Assembly: GCA_964016885.1 (NCBI GenBank)
Contig: OZ024751.1
Coordinates: 45,446,001-45,510,000, forward strand
Direction: 5' to 3'
DNA length: 64,000 bases
Source of the DNA: Eledone cirrhosa
Taxonomy: Eukaryota
Numbering within the stretch: position 1 is the first letter of the stretch; each line of letters opens with the position of its first letter. The position numbers were made by a program, and so were the translations under genes. Shown here one piece after another: positions 1-55,300 of the stretch. Below the pieces are notes generated by a model. The model saw only the letters and a list, made by a program, of their open reading frames with translations. It searched no databases and was not told the DNA's origin.

Positions 1-64
1 ATATATATAAAATTCTCTAAGTAGGCTCTTAGAGAAAAACACACACACATACATATATCATATA

Positions 65-202
65 CAGGTGTCCCTCAAAAATGTATACACACTTCAGCAT
101 TCTGGTCAAAGTGTGTATACATTTTCTGGGGACACCCTGTATGTATATATATATATACAGGGTGTCCTGTTGAAGTGTGTATATATTTTTGGGGACACCC
201 TG
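65..202. mobile_element. Two tiny Tc1/mariner-type MITEs (65-139, 158-202)
   Basis: TA-CAG(G)GTGTCC...GGACACCCTG-TA terminal inverted repeats. Confidence 0.7.
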
Positions 203-363
203 TATATGATATATGTATATTTATGTGTGTGTTTGTATATGTGTGAGTATGTATGTATATGTGTGGGGATGTATATATACATGTGAGTGTGTATACATCT
301 ATCTATTTATATATGTACACACACTCACTCACTCACACACACACACATATATATATATATATA

Positions 364-860
364 GAAGGGTTTCTCCCTGCATACGAAAGGCCGGTTGTAT
401 GATGCCTGTGTGAGGAGCGCGATGCTGCATGGTAGTGAGACATGGGCAGCAACCGCAGAGGATATGCGACGGCTGGAGAGAAATGAGGCAAGCATGCTCC
501 GTTGGATGTGCAGTGTAAATGTGCGTGAACGACCCAGCATAAATGTGTTGAGAGAGAAACTGTGTCTGAGAGGGATAGAATGTAGTGTACGGGAGAGGAG
601 ACTGAGGTGGTATGGACATGTGATGCGCATGGAGGATGACCGATGGGTGAAGAAATGCCAGGAAATGCCAGTTGAAGGAAGACGTGGTAGAGGTAGACCA
701 CGAAAAACATGGGCGGAGGTGGTGAGAACAGACCTCAGATCATTGAAGCTCACAGTGGAGATGACGAGGGACCGTGACGAGTGGAGAAATGCTGTGCTGA
801 ATAAGACCCGTCCCACCCTTGCAAGCAGGGAAAAGCGGACGTAAAATGATGATGATGATG
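364..860 (+). mobile_element. 3' end of an RTE-type LINE (5'-truncated) with (ATG)n tail
   Basis: KGRLYDACVRSAMLHGSETW...RLRWYGHVMRM...RGRGRPRKTW, ending gtaaaatgatgatgatgatg. Confidence 0.9.
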
Positions 861-2264
861 ATAGACATAGTTGGATACAAAGTGAATATTAGTGTATGGC
901 AGAAGTATAATTTATCTTACTAAGTAGATATAACTAGTGGTTTATTCAAGCTTTTGTTTTGGTGTTTACTTGAAATATATTAGACATGGATCTATCTGAT
1001 GTCCACAGAGAGAGAGAGATGGAGAGGTAGAGAGACAGACAGAAATGGAGAGAGACAGACAGACAGAGAGAAACAAACAGAGATGGGAGAGGGAGTAGAG
1101 AGACAGAGATGGAGAAAGGATGGGGGGGGGGGGTAGAGAGAAAGAGACAGAGATATACAAAATAATTATATATGTCTGATTTTGATGAAGAAAGCTATTT
1201 ATTATCTCGAGATTTAACAACTTAATATTTCAATAAAGACTTACATGTGTATCTAAATATGTATACATACATAAACACATACCTACACATACTTGCACAC
1301 ACACACACACACACATGAATACATACATAAACATGCATACACATATGAATACATACACAAACACACACATGAATATGCACACACCTGAATACATATATAC
1401 ATCCACACACACAAATTTGGGAATGTTAAACTGTCTTTTTTATGTTGTCTTGAATGAAAAGAGACAAGGAAGAGTAGCCCTGCATGACAAGAGCCCCCCC
1501 CCCTCACCTCTGCACTAGAGTTTGGCGACATGATAAAATATACCCAGTACACTCTGTATCGTGGTTGGTGTGAGGGATGGCATTCAGCTGTAGAAACCAT
1601 AGCAAATATAGAATGCTTCTACTTCTCCCAATTGAGAAATCACAGCGCTGATACTACGAACATGTAGTTAGAATGTTACAGGAAAATAATCACTGGATAA
1701 ATTATATGGACAAAACCAACTGCCAAAAGACCCAGGAGTAGACTCTGAGCAAGATGGTTGGATAACATCCATGAGTCTGGCCAGTCTCGCTTGAATGATC
1801 CAACAACAACATCCTCCACAATGTCTGATTAGATTAAAAATCAATATTCAATAAGTTCTAAACACCATGGATCATTTAGCAATCCTCTGTATTCTAACCC
1901 CTAACCCACTCCCCCCTCCCCCCTCTATATTCTAAGTCCTAGCCTACTCACTGACACCTATATCCTAACCCCTAACCATCACCTCCCTTCTATATTCCAA
2001 TCCTTAACTCACCAATCACCTTACCAATAACTCCCTTCTATATTCTGACTTACCAATATCTCCATGGTTCAGTTTTAGCATGCTTTCTACTGATGGATCC
2101 CCTTCATAACACCAACCACTTTACTGGGTATATCTTATTGTGGCACCCACACTAGAGAGCTTGTTATAATTTACCCTCAGCAAAACTAAAGAGTCTACTC
2201 AGCTCTATGTTACCTTCCACACATTCCTAAACTCCCAAATTCTACCCACAAGGCAGCTATAATA

Positions 2265-3255
2265 GGACAACTGGCAAAGTTGCTACAGTGAGATAAATTC
2301 TACCTACAAGGACACTTGGCAAAGTTGCTACAGTGAGATAAATTCTACCCACAAGGACACTTGGCAAAGTTGCTACAGTGAGATATATTCTACCCACAAG
2401 GACACTTGGCAAAGTTGCTACAGTGAGATAAATTCTACCCACAAGGACACTTGGCAAAGTTGCTACAGTGAGATAAATTCTACCCACAAGGACACTTGGC
2501 AAAGTTGCTACAGTGAGATATATTCCACCTACAAGGACACTTGGCAAAGTTGCTACAGTGAGATAAATTCTACCCACAAGGACACTTGGCAAAGTTGCTA
2601 CAGTGAGATAAATTCTACCCACAAGGACACTTGGCAAAGTTGCTACAGTGAGATATATTCCACCTACAAGGACACTTGGCAAAGTTGCTACAGTGAGATA
2701 AATTCTACCCACAAGGACACTTGGCAAAGTTGCTACAGTGAGATAAATTCTACCCACAAGGACATTTGGCAAAGTTGCTACAGTGAGATATATTCCACCT
2801 ACAAGGACACTTGGCAAAGTTGCTACAGTGAGATAAATTCTACCCACAAGGACACTTGGCAAAGTTGCTACAGTGAAATAAATTCTACCCACAAGGACAC
2901 TTAGCAAAGTTGCTACAGTGAGATATATTCCACCTACAAGGACACTTGGCAAAGTTGCTACAGTGAGATATATTCTACCCACAAGGACACTTGGCAAAGT
3001 TGCTACAGTGAGATATATTCTACCCACAAGGACACTTGGCAAAGTTGCTACACTGAGATAAATTCTACCCACAAGGACACTTGGCAAAGTTGCTACAGTG
3101 AGATATATTCTACCCACAAGGACACTTGGCAAAGTTGCTACAGTGAGATATATTCTACCCACAAGGACACTTGGCAAAGTTGCTACAGTGAGATAAATTC
3201 TACCCACAAGGCATCTATAATAGAAGGACACCAGGCCAGGTTGCTACAGTGAGAT
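2265..3255. repeat. 45-bp minisatellite, about 21 copies
   Basis: Unit aggacacttggcaaagttgctacagtgagatawattcyaccyaca. Confidence 0.97.
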
Positions 3256-4570
3256 CAAACCTGAAAACACATGGTTGCACAGCAAACTTCCTAACCACAC
3301 AACCATGACTAAATAAATATATAAATCTGGCCACTTCTAGACTATTGATTAGCTGTTCCACATTGACCAATATTCTAATCTCAGGAAAGAAACAATTAGT
3401 TCATTCATTATTCTTTTATTTGCTACAACCATTAGACTGTGGCCATGCTGGGTCACTTTCTTGTACTTGTTGCAGTCATTAGACTGTGGCTATGCTGGGT
3501 CACAGTTCTTTTACTTGGGTGAACCCCAGGCTAGAGAAGACATTTGACCAAGGCACCATATAGTGAACAGAACCCTACAACATGTGGTTAAGTGAACTCC
3601 TTAACCAGACAGCGATACCTACATTTAGATTCATCATTATCACTATTTAACGTCAGATCAGATGAACGTGTCTTGCTCATACAGAACTGTTTCTGCTTGG
3701 CTTTTATGGCTGGATGTCCTTCATAATGCCAACCACATTTACAGTGTGCACTGAGTGCTTTTTGTTGTGACATCTACACGATCACTTTACAGCATGGACT
3801 GGGCACTTTTTGTCAAGGCATCATTCATCATCATCATCTTCGTTTAACGTCCATCTTCCATGCTAGCATGGGTTAGACGGGAGTTGTCCCACTTGAGGCA
3901 AGGTTGGTTGGGTGACCGTGTCTCGCTCATATAGGACTATCTGGCAGGTTTTCTCCGGCTGGACCATTATATATATATATATAATCGACAGGACAACCCG
4001 TCTAACCCATGCTAGCGTGGAAGAACGGACGTAAAACGATGATGTTTATATATATATATACATGGTGGCTGCCAACTCGTTTTCGAGTACGGCCACTACT
4101 TTATATCCATGTAGGAGAACCCCTACCGATGCGCTGAACGAGTGTGACTTTTTAGTCCAGCCAGCGACTTGAAAACTCTGGTACAAACACTACTTGTGAC
4201 AATTATTGACACATAGTGCTGGGCCCATGGTACCATGTGACGACAAGTGCAGAGAGATCTCCAGATATAAAGCAATGCCTGTGCCGTGAAGCTTTTATAG
4301 TGAGCAAAGGCACTGCACAAAGCCAGTCCCACTCTCTTAACCAAGATGATATTTACCAAAAAGAAGAACAAGTCAACATCATTGGATACCATCAGGGTTG
4401 CAGGTGTTATATCAGAGTTTTCCTTCTCTTAGAATTCTGCCCTGACAAAGGCTAAGGGGTCATCTCTCCCGGTGATTTTGGATGGCCATTAACTCCCAAG
4501 CGCTCCCTTGCCCTTTGACAGGTTTTGTCAAAGGGCAAAGGAGCTCCCAAGAGTCAATGGCCATCCAAAT

Positions 4571-5012
<442 letters not shown>

Positions 5013-5367
5013 CAGGGTGTGTTGGGTAGGGTTTTGTAAGGAATTATGCCACTGATAATACTATGTGGACTAAAAACCCTGTTGAAAGGTCTCTGGTGCG
5101 AAGAGTTTTTTTGTTGTTGTTGTGGTTCTAGTGTTACTATTTTATTTAACACTGGGCAATTGTTTTTTGCTTGTTGGGTAGGGTTGTGTACGGGTATATA
5201 TATACATATAACCATCGTTTCTATGTAGATTTGCTTCACACACACACATTATATATATATATGTTCATACACAGAACAAAGCGCTACCTAATTAATGTAC
5301 AATTATGCCCCCACCCAAATTAAACACGGTGTTGCAGAGTAAAAGAGTGATCAAATTTGCGACCTAC

Positions 5368-5425
<58 letters not shown>

Positions 5426-5725
5426 CACACACACACAAGAAAACCTATCAATATTTTTAAGGTTCTGTTATCGATAAGTAGCAATAAGCTATAATAGCAC
5501 CAAATCTGTTCCACCTCCTCATACACACAAAGATTTTAATCATTTTCCCGTTACATGGCCTGCTGACTCATGAATCAACGTAGAAAACAGATCACCGGTT
5601 CCTATTGCGTCTTCAGTCATCGATAACGAATAGCTTTTTGTTGTGATGATACATAATGAATAAGCACAGCATTATTATCAATTGGCTCCATTTACAAGGT
5701 TCGATATTATTTACGTTACATATAT

Positions 5726-5779
<54 letters not shown>

Positions 5780-6467
5780 GTGGGCTGAAAAGTTCATAGG
5801 CAGATTATGAAAGAGTGATGCTGGAGCTGTGAAATCTTACATGCGTTAATTTGAATTATTCTTATTAATTAATAACTGCATTATTTCTTTCCAAGGACTA
5901 TGTTGAAAAATAAGCCATGTTTGGTCATTCCATGAGAGTATCGCGGTGAGCCTCTCATTATATATGGAGAGAGAGAGAGAGAGAGAGAGAGAAACATACA
6001 TAAAGAGGGTGAAGAAAACAACCCTGAAAAACATGAGCTGAAATGAATTAGAAGCGGCAACATAACATGTGAAAACCGTGTCGTTGCTAGGAACACCTTG
6101 ATATTGTGTTCTGAGTAGAAACTGTTGTGTTATCACACTTTAGTAATTAATCACTTTTAATTCGTCTTTTAAAACACTGACCCTCTCTCCTTCTCCCTAC
6201 ATAAATATATCCCAAACAAAAAAGGAAAACGACATATATAGAATTCGAGAAGAAAAAATAATTGTTTCTATTTTTGGCACAAGGCCAGCAAATACTCAGT
6301 ACATTACTGGTACTTTATTTTATCGACCCCGTAAGGATGAAAGGCAAAGTTAACCTCGGCGGGATTTGAACTCAGATCATAAAAAGAGAAAATAATCTTA
6401 TACGCAAACCAATAAACATATTTCTAAAGGAATGGCTTCATCTATACAACTTGGGGATTTCTATATA

Positions 6468-6665
6468 CGAGGGTTGGCTGAAAAGTTCATAGGCTGACCA
6501 AGATACTCTCATGGAATGACCAAATGAGGTTTATTTCTCAACATAGTCCCTGGAAAGAAACAATGTAGTTATTAATAAGAAGAGCTGAAATAAATACATG
6601 CAAGATTTCACAGACCTAGCATCAATCCTTCATAGCCAGCCTATGAACTTTTCAGCCGACCCTCG
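6468..6665. mobile_element. Mariner-type MITE; related copies at about 5778-5960, 38506-38895 (internally duplicated) and 50159-50310
   Basis: TIR CGAGGGTYGGCTGAAAAGTTCATAGGCTG at both ends, in TA context; internal sequence shared between copies. Confidence 0.82.
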
Positions 6666-7929
6666 CGTATATATTTGTATGTACGTGTGAAAGAAAGAAA
6701 ATGGTTTGTAGAACCAGATGTGTGAAATAGTTTGCTAAGTAATTTCGAAGGACTGGGGATTTAAAAAGTCAGCCCACCTCCGATAATTAAGAGGCAGCCA
6801 GTCAAAGAAATCGATAGTTTGTCTGAATTGGCGGTTGATGTTAAGAGCGAGGCGAATCCCTTCGACAAAGAAAAGAGGAACAATTATCTCGAGGGTGTAA
6901 AAAAGAAAGGACAATAAAAATACTACAAATCAATTAATTATTTTTATAGTTAATTAGATTTTATTGTTGTTCAATGATAGCTTGTTATACGTGTAAAGTA
7001 ATCATCGGTGAACTAGCTATGTATAAATATATATATATATAATAAAATCACATCATAATCCGATTTAGTGGATGATGGAGAGATCAAATTATTGGCGATT
7101 TCTAAAACACTCCCTTCTAATATTTTAAACCAGAGAAAATAATAATAATAACAATACTGATTTAATAATAACAACAACAAATAATTATAAACAGCTTGTA
7201 ATAAAACTTAATATATCCATAAACTTCAATTAAATAAAGACGGAATATTTAACAAAAAGCACCTGGTATATCTGACCGTTTGTTATATTACACATGTCCA
7301 GATATATGGAATTATCGCAAGGGTTTTTCTCTTTTTTCATTCATTCAACATATTTTATTTTGGGGCTTTCTTTAGAGTTTCTTCTTCTTCAATTTTTAAT
7401 TTACCGTCTAGCAAAACTCAAACACAAAATAAACAGCATTGAATGAATGGGTATATTGCTGTTGACGGTATTTTTGGAGGCGATGGTAAATTTTTACTAT
7501 CACACCCGTTTCTCTCCGAGACGGAGTGTGATAGTAAAAAAAAATTTTTTATTTTCAGGGGAGTTAGTTGAGAGGTTAGGATGGAATTTTGAAGGTGAAA
7601 TTCTGGTTTTTTTTTCTTTATTTCCTATGATTTTTTATGTGTTTTGAATAAATATGGTCTTTAAAACCATCAGAAATTACTCAGTTTCTCAGGTTCCCCC
7701 TCCACCCGTCTCATAGATGGGGGACAGGTGTTATAACAAATATTTATCATCATTATTTTTTGAAAGAGAAGGGAGAAAAAGAAAGAAACAAAAAAAAAAA
7801 AAATAAATAAACAAGGAAATCTAAGAAAAGAAAAAAAAGAAGCAAGTTGTAGGAATGGAAAGAGAGAAAGCACGAGGTTGAAAATATGTCAGCATCCGAC
7901 AATAACAAATGAACAGAGAAGAGAAATAT

Positions 7930-7961
<32 letters not shown>

Positions 7962-8251
7962 TTGCCTAGCTGTATCGATGGGTAACCACAGATAAAAAAG
8001 GTACTCAATACATTGGTAGAGTATAGGTTTATTTATTATATATATATATATATATATATATATTTAGAGAGAGAGAAAGGATTTCTAGAGAACTAGAACT
8101 GTTTTATTCGTATGAAATCATCAGGATGAGAACTGTACACAATCATTTCATTATAATATATATATATATATATATACATACATATATATATATATATTTA
8201 TATAGTGGAATGTATGAAAGAAAAAAAGGTATAAAATGAATGAAAACTTAC

Positions 8252-8480
8252 CCTGAATTCATTATTATGCTGTTAGTTTGTAAGATTCTTTCTTTCTTTA
8301 AAAAAAAATAGCGGCGGATTGGGGGACGAAAATATTAAAAGATAGAAGAATATAAGATGAGAGGAGGAAGCTACCGGCAGGAATGTAAAAAAAAATATAT
8401 TATTATATTAGTGTGGCGGACGAAGTGACATTGTGTTTGCCACCACCTCTGGTTCGTTGAGAGAACAAGTGGCGAGTGAC
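8252..8480 (-). other. Probable first exon (5'UTR plus ATG AAT TCA GG) of a divergently transcribed gene; identity unknown
   Basis: Minus strand reads ...ataATGAATTCAGG|GTAAGT (consensus donor) after a CpG-containing non-repetitive leader. It faces away from ARNT exon 1. I found no downstream exon in the window. Confidence 0.4.
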
Positions 8481-8611
8481 TGACATCAACTACACATCAC
8501 CATTACTACTACTACAATCATCACCACTACTACTATCACCACTACTACAACTATCACCACTACTACTACTATCACCACTACTACTACTGTCATTACTACT
8601 ACTATCATATT

Positions 8612-9000
8612 GGTGGATTGGCAGTATCGGTAGAGGGTCGGACGCCATGCTTTCCAGCATAGTTACGTCCCTTTACGATCTGAGTTCAAATCCCGCCGAG
8701 GTTGACTTTGCCTTTCATCCTTACGGGGTCGATAAAATAAAGTACCAGTAATGCACTGTAAAATTGCTGGCCTTGTGCCAAAAGTAGAAACAATTATTAC
8801 TACTATCATCGGTGGATTGGCAGTATCGGTAGAGGGTCGGACGCCATGCTTTGACGTATAGAGTTACGGCCCTTGCCATTCTGAGTTCAAATCCCGCCGA
8901 GGTTAACTTTGCCTTTCATCCTTACGGGGTCGATAAAATAAAGTACCAGTAATGCACTGGTTAATTGCTGGCCTTGTGCCAAAAGTAGAAACAATTATTA
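8612..9000 (+). mobile_element. Two tandem tRNA-derived SINEs (family A, Meta-like central domain)
   Basis: A box TGGCAGTATCGG, B box GAGTTCAAATCC, core GCCTTTCATCCTTACGGGGTCGATAAAATAAAGTACCAG. Other copies at about 6261-6380(-), 10981-11130(-), 11140-11440, 19311-19503(-), 22805-22900(-), 22931-23710, 28921-29380(-). Confidence 0.85.
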
Positions 9001-9799
9001 CTACTATCATCACCACCACTACTACTACTATTACTACTATCATCACCACTACCACCACCATCACAGCCATCACCCTCATCATCACCATCATCACAACCAC
9101 CGCCTTCACCACCACAACAATCAGCATCACCACCTTGATGGCCACTACTATTACTACTACCACCACCACCACTATCACCACCTTCATGACCACTATCACT
9201 ACTACCACCACCACTACCACCATAATCACACACAAAACATCTCGTTTGTAATCTCGTTCTACTCTCGTCTTTGTTCTGCCATGATTCTTCCTTCTCGTCT
9301 CGCACCACGACATCAGCAGCAGCAGTAATAATAATAATAACATCAATAACAGCAGCAGCGATAGAGACATCAGCAACATCATCAACATTAACATTACTAA
9401 TAACAACAGCAACAGCAGCAGTAACAACAGTGTCAGCATCGATAATAACAATAACAACAGCTGTAGTGACAACATCAGCAGTAACAACGCTATCAGCAGC
9501 AGTAACAACAACACCACCACCACCACCATCGGCAGCAGCAGTAGAAAGACAACAGCAGCAGTAGAAAGACAACAGCAGCAGTAGAGAGATAGCAGCAGCA
9601 GTAGTAACAACCTTCGAATCGCAATCGTTCTCCCCTCCATCCACTATTTTGTTTTCTCCCTCTTTACATATACAACACAATACATACACCACACATACAT
9701 ATAGATACAACACACACACACACACACTCTCTCTTTCTTCCTTCCTCCCTCCCTCCCCTAATATTATCTCACCTATCAATTTTTGTGAGCCTTTTTTTT

Positions 9800-9870
9800 C
9801 CACTGACCGACTATCGATTGATCCGTGAGATTTTTCCACTGACCAATTATCGATTGATCCGTGAGATTTT
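9800..9870 (+). repeat. Tandem 36-bp duplication just upstream of the ARNT ATG
   Basis: ccactgaccRaYtatcgattgatccgtgagatttt twice, with 2 mismatches. Confidence 0.9.
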
Positions 9871-9894
9871 CACACAAAAGAGAAACTACTTTCA

Positions 9895-50592
<40,698 letters not shown>

Positions 50593-50791
50593 CCGAGCTA
50601 GTTGTCTTCGTTAATCGTCCAGCCAAACATCAAATCCAGAGATGTATAACGTGAAAACACACAAAAAAATATTTCCATGTTATACACACCAACCAGAATG
50701 TGTTATGTATAGTTGATCTGATTTTAAAAAAAGTAACAAGAGCCGTTAACCTGCTCTTGTGTTGTGTTTAGCGCAAAACTAGAAGAAAGAG

Positions 50792-50827
<36 letters not shown>

Positions 50828-52754
50828 ACACTACAAACAAGAGAAAACAACATTAAATAAATAAAATTGTGGCAATTTTACTGTAGAGATGATATCTCTC
50901 TTAAGATCTTGCTCGTCGTGAAATTCTCCACAGTATTTAAAATGAAAACAATCAATTCAAATTTAGAACATTGCATATATCCATTGAGATTGTGTCAGTT
51001 TTTTTATGGGATAGCCATAAAAACCTGAAGTTTTGATATACTGCTTAAACTCAAACATGACAACAATTTATTGCAGAACTCTAATGGAAAAAACAACTTT
51101 GCTAAGCATTTATTAACACCTAAAGGTTAAAAAAAAAGAAGAAAAAAGTTTTTAAATTAGAGATTCTGTTTGATTAAGATTCTTATTTAACAATCAATTT
51201 TTATCTTACAAACTACATATACCCAACACAAACCACAAAACAAAACCTCCTTACAAAACAAAAAATTATCCAAGACTCGGTCCCGTCCCCCCTTCTTTCA
51301 TCTGTCTTTCTTCAGAATTATACGGAATATAAGCTATTGGCTTGTTTTTTTTTGTTTTTTTTGTTTGTTTGTCCGTTATTGTTTTTTTTTTATGAAAACA
51401 AAACAAAACACAAACCAAAAAATCTGAATCTGCCTCTCATCCTTGTCAATCTGATATTAGCCAACTCTTATGTTCTCCATTCTGACATATTTCGTTAATG
51501 CATTTTATTTTCCGACACATCTTCCTCGCCGCCATCCCATCCCACACCACCCTACACCACCTCTGGCCCCTTTGCAGAAGAAACTGCATACATGAACGAC
51601 ATGTGAGATGTCATGGATATTTGTAAACCCTGGGTTTTCGTTATTGATTTCATTACATATGATGATGAAGATGATGATGATGTACCTAATACTGAATACA
51701 TTCAAAATATGTTGATGATTAATTTTCTCCGGACTAAATTTCTCTCCAGTTCTCTTTTCTTTTTGGTTCTGCTTTATTAAATCATGTCTATAAGTAAATA
51801 TGAATATTTTTCGTTGATAATTTTTTCCTCTATTGTGTTGGATGTTGACAACAGAAGCCAATATTGATTCTATCCTCTACTGTGTTGGATGTTGAAAATA
51901 GAAGCTTATATCAATTCTATCCTCTACTGTGTTGGATGTTGACAACAGAAGCCAATATCGATCCTCTCTTACAATACAAATGGTACAAATATAACAATGA
52001 TTCTTTGTCTGGTTTATTTTTATTTGTATCTTTGGTTGTGAATATTGCAAATAAGCTTTACAAATGTTTTAAAATATCCTAAAAGTATTGAATTTGTCTG
52101 AGACTGTGCCACTGACTGTAATAATGAGACTTTCAGTAGATACTCAGCTAACTACTACTACTACATCTACTACTAAATTCATTCACTTTGTGGGGACATG
52201 ATAAAACCTTTCCATCTCACACGATCAAGCATTAACTGCCTCAATTCTTGATTGGACAATTCTGTATCTTCCTCAATGATTTGAGAGGTCTTCTGCATTT
52301 GCATTTCACATTAGTGGGCTCCTGTAGTAAAGGTTTTGCCTCTCATGACATGCCCTGTAAGTTGAAGATTCCTGATACTGATGGTATGGCTAATGAGTGG
52401 GAGATTGCCATAGAGAATTTTGTTAATAACACAGTCAAGAGGTTTGATGTTTTTTTTATCCATCTTAGCATTCATGTATAGCAACCATCTAAAGCTTTGG
52501 TGATAGGTATTGTCACCGATATTCATCTAATAGCAGAAAATCTTCTAATTTGTTCATATTATTAACAACTTCGACCACCCTTTTCTTTGTCTATCCACAA
52601 AATTTCAACAGATTCAACTGGAATCGATACCTCGAAGTAAAGAATCACACTCACCTTTTCTTCTAGAATATTACTACTAACTACATTTTACATTAGAAAT
52701 CATTGATTATCTATAAATAATCAATAATTCTCTATTATTTTTATTATTATTGAG

Positions 52755-55300
52755 AGCAGTAGATTGGCTGTATTAGTAGAGCGTCGGACAACATGCTTTA
52801 CAGCAAAGAGTTACAGCCCTTTACATTATGATTTCAAATTCCGTCGAGGTTAAGCTTTGCCTTTTATCTTTACGAAGTCAATAAAATAAAGTACCAGTGA
52901 CGCATTGGGGTCGATTTAATTGACTTCCCCCTCCCCAAAAATTGTTGGCCTTGTGCCTAAATCAGAAACCATTATTATTATTATTGGATTGGCAGTATCG
53001 GTAGAGGGTCTGACGACATGCTTTGCATCAAAGAGTTACGGCCCTTTATGATCTGAGTTCAAATCCCGACGAAGTTAACTTTGCCTTTCATCCTTACGGG
53101 GTCGATAAAACCAAAGCACCAGTAATACACTGGGATAATTGCTGGCCTTGTGCCAAACATAGAAACAATTATTATTATTGATATTTGGAGGTGATTAAAA
53201 AAATATTCACAAAGAGTAAAGATTTGTTTCCCTTGCTTTTCTTGTCCAGAAATAAAGTTGAAAATTGGTTCTTCTCACCACAGAATGGTGAATAATTTTA
53301 GTTAATTAACTTATAGTTTATTTACTTCATCATGTGATAATGCCTACTTTAACCTATAGTTTATTTACTACATGTGTAATGTCTACAGTAAATTCTAGTT
53401 TATTTACTACGTGGTAATGTCTAACCTTTGTACCGACACTATGTCCTGTACTAACACTACATGTTTGTACCGACACATGTTTTGTACCGACACTACATGT
53501 TTGTACCAACACTACATGTTCTGTACCGACACTACATGTTCTATAGCAACACTACATCGTCTGTACCAACACTTCATGTTTGTACCAATACTACATGTTT
53601 GTACCAACACTACATGTTTGAAGTGTCTCCTCTCTTCTCCCTCAAGCGATAGCATGGATTCAGTTTTTGTTGTTTTTTCTCTTCATTTTCTTCTAAAAGT
53701 CAAATTCTTCCATTTTTGTAGACTTTAAAAATTAACTTGTGAAAGTTTTTTTCTCGATTAATTGGAAATTGCCAAAAATACGTCGACAGGAACAAAGGGA
53801 GATAATTCTTTTATTATTTAATAATTGTTTCTACTATTGGCACAAGGCCAGCAATTACTCAGTACATCACTGGTACTTTATTTTATCGACCCCGTAAGGA
53901 TGAAAGGCAAAGTTAACCTCGGAATAATTTCATCGTTTTATACATCCAGACGTTTTACAATACAGGAGTGCTCTCATTGAGGCAATGGTTTGATAGGATC
54001 ATTAGAATGTCGGATAGAATGCTTTGTGCTATTTGATCTTGCTATCTGTGTTCAAATCCAACCGAGGTCAACTTTGCGTTCATCCCTTCGAGGTCAATAA
54101 AGTAAATTAAAAGTACCAGTCAAGTATTGGGGTCAATATAATCTACTTTCTCTCCCACACCCGTAAATTGGTGGTCTTGTGACTAAATCAGAGACCATTA
54201 GAGTTCAAATCCCGCCGAGGTTCACTTTGCCTTTCATCCTTACGGGGTCGATAAAATAAAGTACCAGTAATGCACTGTGATAATTGCTGGCCTTGTGCCA
54301 AAAGTAGAAACAATTATAAATCATACAAAAGCCGTCAGTTGGTAGGATCGTTAGAGCATCGGGTATTTTACAGTATTCGTTCCGGTATCCTGTGATCTAA
54401 GTTCAAATACCGCCAAGGACAGCTTTTCATCCTTTTGAGGCATATAGCAGTACTGAGGTTGATATAATAGACCCCCCCACTAAATTGTTGGCCTTATGCC
54501 TAAATCAGAATCCTATAAAAGGACGATGGATTTGACAGAATCGATAGAGCGCTGGACAAATGCTTAGCACTGTCTTTTCTGACTCTTTACGTTCTAAGTT
54601 CAAATCCTGTCGAGGTCAACTTTGACTTTCATCCTTTCAAGGTCGATAAAATAAAGTACCAGTCAAGTACTGGGGATGACATAATTATATTTCTCTCCCG
54701 ATCCCTAAATTGCCGGCATTGTGCCAACATGGATTAGCAGTGTTAGTAGAACATCGGACACCATTCTTCACGGCAAAGAGTTATGGACGATTACGTTATG
54801 AGTTCAAATCATCTCGAGGTCAACTTTGTCTTTCATCCTTCTGAGGTCGATAAAATGAAAATACCAGTTCAGTACTGGAAGTTGATCCTTTCTCAATATC
54901 TCTGGAAGAAATTGGCAGTGTTCAGACCTGGAGAGCGGATGGACTCCACCAGGTTTAAACGCATCCAAGACAAGTCTATGTGGATCCTCTGATTTTTTAT
55001 CTCCCATCATTGGGATAAAGCAGCCATTACTGAGTGAGGTCTGGGATCTTGTGAATCCATTCCATTCTTTATTAAGGTACGTGGCTTCGTGGTTAGAGAA
55101 TTGGATTCACAATCGTTAAGGTCTGAGTTCGATTCCCGGACCGGGAAGAAGAAGAATAAGAAGCCCTAACTGGTACTTTATTTTATCGACTCCCAAAGGG
55201 ATCAAAAATAAAGTTAACCGCGTTAGGATTTGAACTCAGACCACAAATCAGGATCGTAACTATATACTGAAAAACATTCTGCCAACCAGCCGCCATCAAT
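52755..55300. mobile_element. Dense cluster of family-A SINE copies and fragments downstream of ARNT
   Basis: Repeated GTTCAAATCC..CTTTCATCC..GTCGATAAAATAAAGTACCAG units in both orientations. Confidence 0.8.
53425..53620. repeat. Tandem repeat of about 20 bp
   Basis: Repeating tttgtaccRacactacatg. Confidence 0.85.

Noticed and set aside
2257-3231. 324-aa repetitive ORF on the minus strand
   Set aside because: It results from a 45-bp (15-codon) tandem unit without a stop; there is no ATG start, splice context or recognisable domain.
8903-9839. 245-aa and 292-aa ORFs near the ARNT 5' end (also 15189-15743)
   Set aside because: Low-complexity translations of trinucleotide repeats.
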